DNA of 64,000 nucleotides from Octopus vulgaris (lineage: Eukaryota). The DNA lies in NCBI GenBank assembly GCA_951406725.2, contig OX597824.1, forward strand, positions 25,606,001-25,670,000, read 5' to 3'. The translations under genes and the position numbers were made by a program. A model generated the notes under the pieces. The model was not told the DNA's origin and made no database searches. It saw only the letters and a program-made list of their open reading frames with translations. Of this stretch, positions 10,250 to 21,829 are shown piece by piece (the first letter of the stretch is position 1; every line of letters starts with the position of its first letter).

Positions 10250-11160
10250 AACTTGATATTTTTAGTTAATCCTATGCTTCAAAATTAATTTTGTTTGGTA
10301 GTTTGAAATTTCTTAATTCTTCACGGAGCATTCGGGGAAAATTACTTGCTTTAATAATTCGCTGAATTGCTACTTCATTAATGTGTCTTCTTCCATCATT
10401 CAGCATAGACGATAAAATATTCTCTGGATGGGCAAAATACTAACTAGTTTTTAACTATTTCTCCAAAACTTCTTTATGATCTTGCTTCATATCTTGCATT
10501 AGCTGTGCCATATACCAAAAATTACTTGCTCCTCCGAGTAACATTGAGTAAGAACCAGCTTAGAGCATACACTTGCGTTATGATTTTAACAAGATCAATA
10601 ATAATCTTTTGGGGATTGTTTCCGAAACATATAATCGAAGGATTCTGTTTGTACTTGTTAGCCACCTTGCATGATGGATTTTACCAGGTGATCTTCCTGC
10701 AAACTGCTCAGAAACGAAACCTGTCTCAATATTGAGGCACATTTTATACAGATATTTTTTTTATCTTAGCTTAAAGTATCAACTAATTTTAATGGCAATT
10801 CCTTCACTTTAGTTTTTACTGGAGAAAATTTGATTATCTTTAAGTTTCTTACATCTTTAATTTTATTGCCAATTAAGCCTTTTCATATTCATGTTCCTGT
10901 TATTTTTCCAACTATGGATTCAAATACGTGTTGAAATGGAAGCACATTTGTAAGTAGCAGGCTTTTCAAACGCAGATGTGGTTAATTCAATTATTTTAAT
11001 TACCCCTCCTGAATGACCAGTTTTTTCGGGAGTACCATTACATAATACAGCCTTAAAGGTTTCTTGACTGTCAAAATCAATTGAAAAAGTAATAACTTCT
11101 TCTGTAATGCAACGTGCTGTTCCATAATCTAGGGAAACGTAATCTAAATACTCAAGCACT
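10250..11160 (-). pseudogene. Decayed DDE DNA transposase fragment (hAT-related, tentative); paralogous copy at ~31120-32030
   Basis: Minus-strand remnants VLCNGTPEKTGHSGGVIKIIE (cf. CDGTxxNTGxxGGVIxxLE) and RHINEVA (cf. ERHIKEV), with many stops and frameshifts. Confidence 0.5.
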
Positions 11161-11212
11161 TAATATATACATATATATATATACATACATATATATATAT
11201 ATATACATACAC

Positions 11213-11240
<28 letters not shown>

Positions 11241-11243
<3 letters not shown>

Positions 11244-11674
11244 TATAGAAGGAGCTTCTACAGGACTAGTACTGTTTCATTCAAGAGAAATCTTCAGGAA
11301 GCTATTTAACAAGAATTGTATTAGCATTTATACATTTAGGCAGGTTTAAAGGAGTGGTGGTGGGGGACTTTTTGGGGGTAGGCATAGCGCAAAATATCAT
11401 ACTTGGGGGAGTGGTCAAGGAGTCAGTGGTAAGTTAGATGAAAGAATAGATAAATAAAAAAATAAAAAAATAAGAAATAAAAAAATAAAAAAATAAAATA
11501 AAAAAATAAAAAAATAAAAATATAAAAAATATATATAAAAAATATATATATAAAAAATATATATATAAAAAAATATATATATAAAAAAAGGGGGATAGAG
11601 TTATAGGTAAATAAGGAGATTCTCACTTATACCTATACACACATGTATACGTATCTACACACACATACATACAT

Positions 11675-11747
<73 letters not shown>

Positions 11748-12625
11748 CACACATACATACATATCTACATACACACATACATACACCCGCCCACATATAC
11801 AAATTTATACACATGCACATGCCTATACCTGTCTACACATACACACACGTATATATGCATACACTCACTCCCATGCATGCACGCATACACACATGTATAT
11901 ATATATATATATATATACCCACGACCACACATACATATATACACATAAAAATATATATTCATACGCACATACACTCATGCACACACAACACACCTAGTTC
12001 CCTATATACACATATTTACACCTATATATACATACACCCACATACACCTATGTACACATATATATATATAAACATATACACGCATACATATATATACATG
12101 TGTGCACATACATACATACATACACACATATATATACATACACATACACATACACATGTGTACCTATACATACCTACACATACACACATACATACATACA
12201 AATATACATATACATATATATATATACAATCCAATACAGGCCCATTCCCTAATTTTAATTTTATTATCTTCATTTATTACTTTTGTTATCTTTGATCGCT
12301 AGGGCTAAGAATCCTGGCAATGGCTGCATGTCCATTTGTCTGTCTACTAGAAGGCAAGTACTCATTCCCGCACGCACACTCATTAGCACGTACATTCACC
12401 CATTCGTACACTCATACACATACACGTACGCACGCGTTATATTCATACATACAAACATCTACATACGTTCACGTATATACACATACGTACTCGTACCTAC
12501 AGATTCGTGTCTACACTTTAGGAGGCTAGTCTATACATATACACCAATAAATATACATATATATATATATACCCGCATATACATACACACACACACATAT
12601 ATACTCCTACATACAGATACATACC

Positions 12626-12630
<5 letters not shown>
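11241..12630 (-). repeat. Left arm of a ~1.39-kb inverted repeat (Penelope-type pseudo-LTR-like) with hammerhead at 11253-11303
   Basis: Near base-for-base reverse complement of 17991-19385, including the low-complexity body. Confidence 0.88.
11253..11303 (-). ncRNA. Type I hammerhead ribozyme motif
   Basis: Reverse complement of the motif at 19323-19373. Confidence 0.72.
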
Positions 12631-12677
<47 letters not shown>

Positions 12678-12711
12678 TACACATACACACATATATATAT
12701 ATGTATATGTA

Positions 12712-12746
<35 letters not shown>

Positions 12747-12809
12747 GTGTATATGTGTGTATGTATGTGTATGTGTATGTATGTGTATGTGTATCTATAT
12801 ATGTATATA

Positions 12810-12851
<42 letters not shown>

Positions 12852-13633
12852 TGCGTGTGCGTATGTATGCATATATGTATGTATGCATGTATATGTGTAT
12901 GTATATATATGTGTGTAAGTGTGTGCATATATGTATTTGTAAGTATGTGTGCGCGTATGAGTATGTATGTATGCTTGCACACGTGTATATATATGTGTGT
13001 GTGTGTATATATATGGATGCGCGTGCGTGTGTGCACGTGTATGGGTACGCATGTATATGTGTATGTGCGTGTATGCGTATACGTGTATGTATGTATGTGT
13101 GTGCGTAGATTTGTATTTGTATGTGTGAGTGTGTATATATATATATATATATATATACATATATATAGATGGGTGTGTGTATGCGTATAAATGCATGTAA
13201 GTATGGATGTATGGATGTATGTATGTATGTATACGTATGTATGTGTGTATGTGTGTATGTATGTATATATATATATGTGTGTATATATGTTTGTGTATGT
13301 ATATATATGTGTATGTATGTGTGTGTATATGTATGTGTGTATGTGTATGTATGTGTATATAGTAGCAAGCTACACAGCTTCAAAACTAACTGACCTTAAA
13401 TATATATATATTTGTAACCACGTGTTTGCCTACAAACCCGTAAGTACGCTTTCATTTAACTACAAATTGTTATATACACCTGTTTTTCTTTTAATATCCT
13501 CAAACAACCAAATAATCAAAAACTCACACCCTTAAGAGAGAACATTTATATATATATACACTTCTTTAACTCCCAAGAAAGAATATATATATTTTCAAAA
13601 ATCAAAAGGAAAACAAACAAAAGAAAAACAAAC

Positions 13634-14755
13634 ATGACTAACTTGCAGGCCTGCAACAGACGAAATTGGTCTGATAACGAAATTGATGTTTTAATAAACA
13701 CATGGCACTCTCTTTCCCAAACAGAAAATCTAAATGTCTTGTGTTTGAATGAGATTGCCGAAAAAACATCACAAGTGGTCAACACACGATCCGTCAAACA
13801 GATTCGTAGCAAGTTGAAACATATCGAAGTATCTTTCAAACTGATAAGAGGCCATTATGAAAAGCTTCTACATATTTTCACAGTTCAAGAACAACAACAG
13901 CTAGAAAATCAGCAGCCACAACAACAACAACAACAGAATGAGCCACTCCTGGTTCCCAACACAATGGCTGACCCTGACATCGGTCAGGCACAACAACAAC
14001 AACAACAGCCACAGCAACAAGAACAACAACAGCCACTCCTCAACTCTAGCTTACTAGACGATTCACTAAATGCCAGTATCTTTTCACCGCTCTCACAGCA
14101 ACCACCACAATTATCATCATCATCATCACCACCGCTGCCACCATCGTCTTCTATCACCAAAAATACCAACAGAAAACCAAATAAGAAACCACTGCCCTCT
14201 TCCCCCACATCACCACCTCAATACTACTGCAGTAACAAAAACTTAAAGAAACATAGGAAGCAGAATGCGCCCCCCACGGCACAAACAAGAAATCCCCAAA
14301 TATGCCGCTATTCACTGCGCCAGAGACTCTGCACAAATAGTGACTGCATCTTCACGCATCTACCCGGCACTAGACGCACTACTGGCCAAGGCCAAAGCAC
14401 GCATCCCACAATAACATCAACACCACCAAATAGTAAATCGAAATTCAAAACACACACAACTCGGAGTCCCAAAATCTGCCGGTATTCCCAACGTGAGAGA
14501 ACATGTCTACTGAGTGACTGTCCCTTCACTCATCTTCCAGGGACCCGACGCACAAACAGAAACGGGGCCTCAAGCCAACACACAAACCTGAATAACAATA
14601 AAAATAGAAACACACCATGCTGCAGTAATGCTGGTCCAGTCTTTTCAGGAAGACACAAAAACAACAACAACAAAAGTGGAAACTACAACCCTATCCAACA
14701 GTGCAACCACACCTCCAGCCAAAAACTGCTCCCTAAGCAGGAAAATTCTTTTTAG
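13634..14755 (+). CDS. LINE ORF1: Myb/SANT(trihelix)-like N-terminus, polyQ, two CCCH zinc fingers
   Basis: NWSDNEIDVLINTW...RSVKQIRSKLKHI; Q-rich tracts; two CRYSxRxRxCxxxDCxFTHLPGTRR repeats. Confidence 0.8.
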   Translation: MTNLQACNRRNWSDNEIDVLINTWHSLSQTENLNVLCLNEIAEKTSQVVNTRSVKQIRSKLKHIEVSFKLIRGHYEKLLHIFTVQEQQQLENQQPQQQQQQNEPLLVPNTMADPDIGQAQQQQQQPQQQEQQQPLLNSSLLDDSLNASIFSPLSQQPPQLSSSSSPPLPPSSSITKNTNRKPNKKPLPSSPTSPPQYYCSNKNLKKHRKQNAPPTAQTRNPQICRYSLRQRLCTNSDCIFTHLPGTRRTTGQGQSTHPTITSTPPNSKSKFKTHTTRSPKICRYSQRERTCLLSDCPFTHLPGTRRTNRNGASSQHTNLNNNKNRNTPCCSNAGPVFSGRHKNNNNKSGNYNPIQQCNHTSSQKLLPKQENSF

Positions 14756-17700
14756 CCATGTTGAACATGGCAAAAGAGATACACAAAAACATTCTAGCCA
14801 TCACTCAACACCATCCTATGCTATTACCCCAGTGCACCAATTCCCCACATTGCTGCCACTAACACACACAAAAAATCCAAGCCCCCTGCAACAGTCAAAA
14901 CCAGCCACTACACTAACCTCCACATTCCTACTCAATGCACAAGGTGTCAGCCCTTCCATCAATGCACAAAAATGGAAGGTCCAATTCATTGAAGACTGGG
15001 TTGGTAACCATTCACACCACATCCCTTTCTTCATTCTCACTGAGACCCACCTTGACAACTCCCACTTGGAAGCCGAAGTGAGAGTGAAGAATTTCACAAC
15101 CATCCGCGCGGATCGTATCGGCAGGAGGAAGGGTGGAACTGCCATTTTCCTGCATGATTCATTTACGGCAGATGGAAATAGTATATTCTCCAACGGCTAC
15201 TGTGAATCAGTCACCGTGCACAACAAAGCCAATGATCTGACAGTAATTGGGCTCTATAGGCCGCCCCAAACACCCATACTGTGCTTTAAAGAATGCCTCA
15301 ACAGCATTAAGTGCTTTATTCAACAGTGCCATTCTAGCAACATACTCATGATGGGAGACTTCAATCTACCCTGTGTTGACTGGACTACAAACTGTTTGAA
15401 ACCAAGCACTCCCGCCTCAACCGCTGACAAAGAAGCAGCAGAGTCACTTTTCGACTTTACGAATGAGTTTTTCTTGTCCCAACTTGTCCTTGCACCAACA
15501 AGACATCAGAACATTTTGGACCTAGTGTTTAGTAACCACACTAACACTATACATAACGTTACAGTGGAAAAAACCCTTCTTTCAGACCATGACATGGTTC
15601 TCTGTAACATGAAATTCCACCAGCCGAAAGCTAATCCTAGTGACCTTCCTCCAGCCCACCCATTTGACAACATGGATCTCCATAAAGCCAACTGGGATGC
15701 AATCAGGAACGAGCTATCAAATGTTGACTGGTCCTTTACACATACACACATCTCCACCAACCATAAAACATCTTGGCAGATCTTTGTAGACACCGTCACA
15801 GACATATGTGCAAAACACTCCCCACCAAGACCTGTGAACAAAAAGTGCAGAATCCCCCAAAACAGAAAAACCATTATCAGAAAAATAAAAAGAACAAACA
15901 AAAAAATTAACAAACTAAAGTACTGCCAACAGCAACACACACATTCGACGGCTATCGCACTGCTTGAATCCAAAAAATATAACCTCCAACAATGCATGAA
16001 GTCCCTCATCAATAACCAAAGATCAGCTGAGGAGAAGTGGGCCATTGAAAAAATCAAACTCAACCCCAAAGTGTTCTTTTCATTTGCGAGGAAACGCAGG
16101 GTCACTGTCTCCACTGTAGGCCCTCTAATTGACGAAACTGGCACTCTCCAAGATAATGCCAAATCCATGGCCGAGATACTGCAGAAACAATACTGCTCTG
16201 TTTTCAGCAATCCTGATATGGCCGATCTGGGCTGTATCAGTGATGTCAACCCCCAACACACTATATCGGACATAACGTTTAGTGCCCCTGATGTCTTAGC
16301 GGCGATAAACGAAATAAAACACAATTCAGCAGTAGGCCCCGATAGGTTCCCTGCTTGTGTCCTGAAGGTGTGTCGACACCAACTTGCATCTCCCCTTGCT
16401 AATCTGTGGAGAAACTCACTGGATGCTGGCTATATTCCAAAAAACCTTCTGTCCCAGTCTGTTGTCCCAGTTTTCAAAAAGGGAAACAAGTCCCTTGCAG
16501 TGAATTACCGTCCGATCTCACTCACCTCTCATATCATCAAGGTATTTGAGAGGGTGGTGAGATCTCAAATAACCCAATTTCTGGAAAGCAACAGACGGCT
16601 GATCTCCAACCAACATGGGTTCCGTAATGGAAGGGACTGCCTAACGCAGCTCCTGCATCACTTTGAGGACATTTTGAGAGCTTTGGGAGAGGGCTCCAAC
16701 ACCGATGTCATCTACCTTGATTTCAGTAAGGCCTTCGACAGGGTCGATCACAAGATCCTATTGAAAAAACTATCCAACATTGGTGTCTCTGGAAAGTTAC
16801 TGAAATGGATTAAGTGTTTCCTGACAGACAGATCTCAACATGTTGTAGTTGAAGGGGTAAAATCAAGCCCAGCCAAAGTCAGTAGTGGCGTTCCGCAAGG
16901 CACTGTGCTGGGCCCACTTCTTTTCATCATTTACATTAATGACATTAATGACATCATCAAGCACAGCAACATAAAAATCTTTGCAGATGACTCCAAGCTA
17001 CAGAAGGTCATAAATGAGGCGAGTGACCGGACATGCCTTCAGTCAGATCTACTGGCTGTTATCCAATGGGCAGAAAAAAACAATATGCTGCTGAACGAGG
17101 ATAAATTTGAGCTAATCCACTTTGGAAAAGAGGATGCCCTGAAACTCCCATACTCCCTTCCTTCAGGTGAAACTCTCGCGGCGTCCAACAACATCAGAGA
17201 CTTGGGAGTAATTGTGGACAACAACGTAAGCTGGGCCACTCATATAAACACCAAAGTTGACATGGCCCGCAGAATGTGTTCCTGGATTCTCAGAACTTTC
17301 CAGTCGAGAGATATCCACACCATTATCCTTCTCTTCTCCACTTTTGCCCGACCCCACCTTGAATACTGTTGTCCACTGTGGTCTCCCCACACAATACAAG
17401 GTATCATAAAAGTCGAAGCACCTCAAAGGGCAATCACAAAAAAGATAGATGGCATGACAGGCCTCGACTATTGGGGTCGACTAGAAAAGCTAAAACTCTA
17501 TTCTCTCCAACGTCGTCGTGAGCGCTACATCATCTGCATGATGTGGAAAATATTCCATCAGCATTGCCCAAATGATGTTGGCATCACCTTTAAGGTACAT
17601 CCAAGGCTTGGGCCCCGTGCCATCCGCCCAAAACAAAAATCGCACTCTCATCTCATAACAACAATACGGCACAATTATTTCACCTCAATTGGCCCCGCTC

Positions 17701-17867
17701 TCTTTAACATTACACCAAAATACATTAAAACAGAAACTGACCCTATAGGGTTCAAGAAGTCTTTGGACAGATTCCTTCAAGAAATCCCGGATAAACCCCC
17801 TACACCCGGATATGTCTCTGTAAACAATAACTCTCTACTTGAGTGGGCCATAGTGCCCAAATTCTGA
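14628..17867 (+). CDS. LINE ORF2: apurinic endonuclease + reverse transcriptase
   Basis: LTETHL, GGTAIF, YRPP, MGDFNLP, LDLVF, SDH (APE); YRPISLTS, DFSKAFD, GVPQGTVLGPLLF, FADD (RT). 1079 aa without stops. Confidence 0.96.
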   Translation: MLVQSFQEDTKTTTTKVETTTLSNSATTPPAKNCSLSRKILFSHVEHGKRDTQKHSSHHSTPSYAITPVHQFPTLLPLTHTKNPSPLQQSKPATTLTSTFLLNAQGVSPSINAQKWKVQFIEDWVGNHSHHIPFFILTETHLDNSHLEAEVRVKNFTTIRADRIGRRKGGTAIFLHDSFTADGNSIFSNGYCESVTVHNKANDLTVIGLYRPPQTPILCFKECLNSIKCFIQQCHSSNILMMGDFNLPCVDWTTNCLKPSTPASTADKEAAESLFDFTNEFFLSQLVLAPTRHQNILDLVFSNHTNTIHNVTVEKTLLSDHDMVLCNMKFHQPKANPSDLPPAHPFDNMDLHKANWDAIRNELSNVDWSFTHTHISTNHKTSWQIFVDTVTDICAKHSPPRPVNKKCRIPQNRKTIIRKIKRTNKKINKLKYCQQQHTHSTAIALLESKKYNLQQCMKSLINNQRSAEEKWAIEKIKLNPKVFFSFARKRRVTVSTVGPLIDETGTLQDNAKSMAEILQKQYCSVFSNPDMADLGCISDVNPQHTISDITFSAPDVLAAINEIKHNSAVGPDRFPACVLKVCRHQLASPLANLWRNSLDAGYIPKNLLSQSVVPVFKKGNKSLAVNYRPISLTSHIIKVFERVVRSQITQFLESNRRLISNQHGFRNGRDCLTQLLHHFEDILRALGEGSNTDVIYLDFSKAFDRVDHKILLKKLSNIGVSGKLLKWIKCFLTDRSQHVVVEGVKSSPAKVSSGVPQGTVLGPLLFIIYINDINDIIKHSNIKIFADDSKLQKVINEASDRTCLQSDLLAVIQWAEKNNMLLNEDKFELIHFGKEDALKLPYSLPSGETLAASNNIRDLGVIVDNNVSWATHINTKVDMARRMCSWILRTFQSRDIHTIILLFSTFARPHLEYCCPLWSPHTIQGIIKVEAPQRAITKKIDGMTGLDYWGRLEKLKLYSLQRRRERYIICMMWKIFHQHCPNDVGITFKVHPRLGPRAIRPKQKSHSHLITTIRHNYFTSIGPALFNITPKYIKTETDPIGFKKSLDRFLQEIPDKPPTPGYVSVNNNSLLEWAIVPKF

Positions 17868-17956
17868 CTTGAAAGACTTCACCAGGTGGTGCTATTAAGT
17901 TAGACATGGCCTGGGCCAATAATGGCCGAAACCTATCAAAGTATCAAAGTATCAAA

Positions 17957-17990
<34 letters not shown>

Positions 17991-17997
<7 letters not shown>

Positions 17998-18877
17998 TAT
18001 GTATCTGTATGTAGGAGTATATATGTGTGTGTGTGTATGTATATGCGGGTATATATATATATATGTATATTTATTGGTGTATATGTATAGACTAGCCTCC
18101 TAAAGTGTAGACACGAATCTGTAGGTACGAGTACGTATGTGTATATACGTGAACGTATGTAGATGTTTGTATGTATGAATATAACGCGTGCGTACGTGTA
18201 TGTGTATGAGTGTACGAATGGGTGAATGTACGTGCTAATGAGTGTGCGTGCGGGAATGAGTACTTGCCTTCTAGTAGACAGACAAATGGACATGCAGCCA
18301 TTGCCAGGATTCTTAGCCCTAGCGATCAAAGATAACAAAAGTAATAAATGAAGATAATAAAATTAAAATTAGGGAATGGGCCTGTATTGGATTGTATATA
18401 TATATATATATGTATATGTATATTTGTATGTATGTATGTGTGTATGTGTAGGTATGTATAGGTACACATGTGTATGTGTATGTGTATGTATATATATGTG
18501 TGTATGTATGTATGTATGTGCACACATGTATATATATGTATGCGTGTATATGTTTATATATATATATGTGTACATAGGTGTATGTGGGTGTATGTATATA
18601 TAGGTGTAAATATGTGTATATAGGGAACTAGGTGTGTTGTGTGTGCATGAGTGTATGTGCGTATGAATATATATTTTTATGTGTATATATGTATGTGTGG
18701 TCGTGGGTATATATATATATATATATATACATGTGTGTATGCGTGCATGCATGGGAGTGAGTGTATGCATATATACGTGTGTGTATGTGTAGACAGGTAT
18801 AGGCATGTGCATGTGTATAAATTTGTATATGTGGGCGGGTGTATGTATGTGTGTATGTAGATATGTATGTATGTGTG

Positions 18878-18938
<61 letters not shown>

Positions 18939-19456
18939 ATATATATGTGTATGTATGTATGTGTGTGTAGATACGTATACATGTGTGTATAGGTATAAGT
19001 GAGAATCTCCTTATTTACCTATAACTCTATCCCCCTTTTTTTATATATATATTTTTTTATATATATATTTTTTATATATATATTTTTTATATATATTTTT
19101 TATATTTTTTATTTTTTTATTTTTTTATTTTATTTTTTTATTTTTTTATTTCTTATTTTTTTATTTTTTTATTTATCTATTCTTTCATCTAACTTACCAC
19201 TGACTCCTTGACCACTCCCCCAAGTATGATATTTTGCGCTATGCCTACCCCCAAAAAGTCCCCCACCACCACTCCTTTAAACCTGCCTAAATGTATAAAT
19301 GCTAATACAATTCTTGTTAAATAGCTTCCTGAAGATTTCTCTTGAATGAAACAGTACTAGTCCTGTAGAAGCTCCTTCTATATAGTAAATTAATTTTACT
19401 CTGCTATGTATTGAGTACCTTACTTACTGTGGTTAACCCCGAATCAACCCGGGACC

Positions 19457-19460
<4 letters not shown>
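17991..19460 (+). repeat. Right arm of the inverted repeat (to 19385) plus a ~75-bp unique tail before (TA)n
   Basis: Reverse complement of 11241-12630. An extra tail on one arm only is typical of Penelope pLTR ends. Confidence 0.85.
19323..19373 (+). ncRNA. Type I hammerhead ribozyme motif
   Basis: AGCUUC CUGAAGA UUUC-UCUU-GAAU GAAACAG UACUAGUC CUGUA/GAAGCU: 6-bp stem I, intact core, short stem II (U.U closing), 4-bp stem III, GUA cleavage triplet. Confidence 0.75.
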
Positions 19461-19510
<50 letters not shown>

Positions 19511-19793
19511 TATATGTACTACTTATAAACAAAGTCAAAAGAAAAACATTTCAATGCCAAATATGCCGAAATAGACTTAATCTTCAATAACCATCTAATT
19601 TATTACTATAACCTTTATGTATGTATGTATGCATGTGTAACTACTTGTTGTGTAGAGTGAGTTCACTATTCGGAGAAGAGTCATCTCCACTCTTACATTT
19701 CGAATGAGCCCAAACAAATGAATAGGACATATTTCCGTTCGTCATATCTCTCTATCATGTGTATTTATATATATATATATATATGTATGTTTA

Positions 19794-19878
<85 letters not shown>

Positions 19879-20023
19879 ATGTTTATATATGTATACATAT
19901 ATATATGTGTGTGTATGTTTATATATGTATACATATATATATGTATATATATATATATATAGGTATGTATGTATATATATATATATATAGGTATGTATGT
20001 ATATATATATATGTATATAGGTA

Positions 20024-20058
<35 letters not shown>

Positions 20059-20154
20059 GTATGTATGTATTTTGATTTGATTTTGATTTTTCCAGTTTCA
20101 GCTAATGAGCTGTGGCCATGCTGGGGCACCGCCATATATATATAAGTATGTATG

Positions 20155-20192
<38 letters not shown>

Positions 20193-20320
20193 TATGCATA
20201 TATATATATAGGTATGTATGTATATGTATATATATATAGGTATGTATGTATATGTATATATATATATATATATATATAGGTATGTATGTATATATATATA
20301 TATATATATAGGTATGTATG

Positions 20321-20372
<52 letters not shown>

Positions 20373-20384
20373 TATATAGGTATG

Positions 20385-20460
<76 letters not shown>

Positions 20461-20468
20461 TATGTATG

Positions 20469-20512
<44 letters not shown>

Positions 20513-20544
20513 TATGTATATGTATATATATATATGTATATATA

Positions 20545-21764
20545 CTAGCATTATAAGCCGGCGTTCCCGGGTCATGGTGCTAGTTTGGTATAAATTTGTT
20601 AAATAAAAAATATGGAGTAATAAAACATACAATGACATATTAAAAAGACGAATCAAAATTCCAGAGAAAAATACATAGAAGATAAATATACAAATTTACA
20701 AAAATACATAAATGTTAATCTACGGCCGTTTCGGAGATGCATCAATTAATATGAAACATATCATATACTTAAAATTGACACTCCCCTCGTCAGGATGTTT
20801 TTACACACAACACATAGTACACGGAAACATATGCACGATTACATACCTGCTACATGCGAAAGACCAGACATTACGTACTCCCAAAAATTCTCATAGATAC
20901 TGAATGCTACTTTATAAGCATATAATTCAATCTAGCAGCTATAGTAAATGGTATGAGCACAGCCCCATCTGGACTAATTCACTTCTGCACTCAATTAAAT
21001 TTTTCATCTTTTAATTTCTCCCATTCATGCAAAGCCACATATTCGAGTTCAAGTCCTTGATACCTTTTATAATAATTGCTATTTTTTCTTTTAATTGTTA
21101 TATTACGATTTAATTACCATTTTAATAAAATAAAGTATATTTAATTACTACTTACTATATTTACAATATTTAATTCATTTGTTATTATTACCCCTAACTT
21201 TTATTGCAATTTTTATTTCTAAATTTCTTATGGAACGTCGGGTGGATCTTATACGTACAATATATTTTTATATGATGTTTATATATTTCCAAACGTCGGG
21301 CTTTCTGTCTGTTCTGTATGTATAAATGAATATATGAATATATGTATGTGTTTGATCTTTCTGTGGATTTTGTAGTGCTTTTGTAGTTGCTGCTCGCATT
21401 GCCTCCCCTCGGATTAAAAACTGTATACAGCTCATTTGAGCACTAATGTTCCAGTCTGTTATATATTTTGAGCGTTGTTGTCACTAACGATCTCAAGATA
21501 TAACTTTATATTTGGTAATATATATATATATACAGCCATATACATACAATAGAGAGATGTTTTTGTTTCACTTTTAACACGTAATACTGAAATAGTGGAG
21601 AAGATATGATACTGCTGTGGGCTCGCTCTAAGCAGGAAATTAAACACTTTTTTTGCCCATGATACTACTTGGACCCTAAGTAAGGCATGTGAGAATTTTG
21701 ATTGAAATTGGTTGAAATTCTCAAGTTTTAGGGAAACAGACAGACAGACACACATTCTCAGTTT

Positions 21765-21770
<6 letters not shown>
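20545..21770 (-). mobile_element. Non-autonomous Helitron-like element; paralogous copy at 38869-40140
   Basis: Minus strand starts TATATAAAACTGAGAATG(TG)(TCTG)n and ends with a CCGG-GAACG-CCGG hairpin about 10 nt before CTAG, flanked by TA. Confidence 0.65.
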
Positions 21771-21795
<25 letters not shown>

Positions 21796-21829
21796 TAAAT
21801 CAATCAATAAATGGTGGGGTTGTGTTGAC

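Larger units (their letters stand above)
13361..17958 (+). mobile_element. Full-length CR1-group (APE-RT) LINE, apparently intact
   Basis: 5' UTR, ORF1, ORF2, short 3' UTR and an (GTATCAAA)n tail at ~17935-17958 running into (TA)n. Confidence 0.92.

Noticed and set aside
11423-13535. Numerous [12 protein letters not shown] ORFs here and at 18-20.6, 38-39, 54, 56.3 and 60 kb
   Set aside because: Translations of dinucleotide microsatellites that lack stop codons; not genes.
19700-19760. Possible minus-strand hammerhead (UGACGA-ACG-GAAAUAUGUC); related copies at ~23380, ~37985 and ~41745
   Set aside because: Core lacks C3, there is no stem II and stem I is unconvincing; too degenerate to call.
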